A model generated the notes under the pieces. The model was not told the DNA's origin and searched no databases. It saw only the letters and a list, made by a program, of their open reading frames with translations. Shown in pieces: positions 47,801-49,285 of a stretch of 49,285 nt of DNA. The stretch is from Octopus bimaculoides (lineage: Eukaryota). Each line of letters opens with the position of its first letter. Position 1 is the first letter of the stretch. The position numbers and the translations under genes are program-made. The stretch spans positions 24,387,810 through 24,437,094 of the forward strand of contig NC_068991.1 in assembly GCF_001194135.2 (NCBI RefSeq), given 5' to 3'.

Positions 47801-49045
47801 ATTTTTTCAGCTGGGTGGAGGGGAAAAACTAGACAAATAGTCATGAATTCAAACAGCTAGTAACTAATGAGATAAAGCTAAAAACAAAGAGTACTTTAAA
47901 GAGGAAAAAAAAACAGAAAAAGAAGTAAAAGCTGAAAACTGTTCCTGTAAAGGCTGGTTTCACAAAAGATTGGAAATAGGCATAAGGTTGAGGAGAAATA
48001 TACTGAAAAGCTATAAATCTGCTCTGATTAAAATTATTGGTTGCAGGAAAATAAAAGATCTTCAGTAAAAAGCCTCTAGAGAGTCACTTAACCTACTAGA
48101 AATAGCAATAAAATATCTCTCAAATTACACTCCACGGACTTAAAATATTGTAAGACAACTTGGACAATGAAGCTCTTGATATACAGACAGTACAGTGGTG
48201 ACTGGAATGCCTTTGATTACAGGTCTGCGCAATCATGATTGACTTGGGGCTAAACAACAGATATACTAAATATAGCAAGTGTAGAACATGCCTTGACTGT
48301 TACACTACCATACTGAAACATGACATAACCAATATAGTGAATGAGTGGATTTCTCTTCACTCAAGAAGGGCTAACTCAATAAATGTATTTGGTAAGATAT
48401 AAAAGCATTTCATCATAATAACTAACATAGTTAAATATATAGTTTACATTTACTTCTTTACCTAATCTGTATACAAAATTACATTTTGTAATTTCCTTGA
48501 AATTACTAAAATGAAGTAACATTATCATTAAATGTCTACATCATTATTTCTAAAAAAAAAAAATCTATAAAATGCAATAAGTGTCATCTTTACCATGGTC
48601 ATCATCATCATTTAAGCATCTTCAAGTTTTGTGAAATGATTCCCATATTATTAAATTCCAAAAAAAGTAAAACTCCAAAATGAAAAATAATTAGAAATTT
48701 AGGTACATGGTTAATCATTGAAGAATAAGCTTATAGTTGATTGCACTAAACAAAATGTTTCCTGCTAATTATTTCATTTCTTCAAGAGGGAAAAAAGTGA
48801 AGTCAACCACAAGATTTTAAACTCAAAACCATGAATGTTAATACTTCAAAAAATGCAATTAAGTTCAAAATGTTTCAGTCATCTCCACTACCAGAACATG
48901 GAGAATAAAAATTAAAATAGTATAACATTATTTTAAAATGCAGTATGCTAACCCTTTTTTTACCATATTTTTCTTACGTTAAGTTTGCAAATAAGAAAAA
49001 ATAAAGTAAAATATCTTAGACTTCAACCTGTTGTTTGCAACAGAA

Positions 49046-49285
49046 ATTCATCATCATCATCATCATCATCATCGTTTAACGTCCGCTTTCCATGCTAGCA
49101 TGGGTTGGACGATTTGACTGAGGACTGGTGAAACCGGATGGCAACACCAGGCTCCAGTCTGATTTGGCAGAGTTTCTACAGCTGGATGCCCTTCCTAACG
49201 CCAACCACTCAGAGAGTGTAGTGGGTGCTTTTACGTGTCACCCGCACGAAAACGGCCACGCTCGAAATGGTGTCTTTTATGTGCC
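49046..49285 (-). mobile_element. Relatively young SINE/LINE-tail repeat with (TGA)n tail, truncated by the window edge
   Basis: (CAT)n-CGTTTAACGTCCGCTTTCCATGCTAGCATGGGTTGGACG...CAGCTGGATGCCCTTCCTAACGCCAACCAC. At least seven related copies lie in the window. Confidence 0.85.

Noticed and set aside
47047-49285. Upstream XPO1 exons encoding the N-terminal ~100 aa
   Set aside because: I found no match to the expected TRVDxILE or KTRWKxLP peptides; they are probably outside the window.

Overview
This is AT-rich, microsatellite- and SINE-dense animal genomic DNA with seven assembly gaps. The repeat families suggest an octopus-like cephalopod, which is an inference. The right half (24874-47046, minus strand) holds 23 GT-AG coding exons of exportin-1 (XPO1/CRM1). 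I spliced them by hand into one uninterrupted frame of about 971 aa ending in TAA; the N-terminal ~100 aa were not found and probably lie beyond the right edge. The left half is apparently intergenic. It contains a Tx1/L1-type RT fragment, a decayed hAT transposon with TIRs and an 8-bp TSD (carrying a nested chimeric SINE), mariner remnants, tRNA-SINEs and a foldback element with an internal TTAGGG array. The main find is two intact-looking minimal type-I hammerhead ribozymes on the minus strand, repeated 351 nt apart (16081-16125 and 16432-16476). This is the architecture of a non-LTR retrozyme or Penelope-like pLTR and predicts a 351-nt self-excising, circularisable RNA. Three more degenerate hammerheads of other sequence families lie within 9 kb. 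All folding and alignment was done by eye; no searches or folding programs were run.
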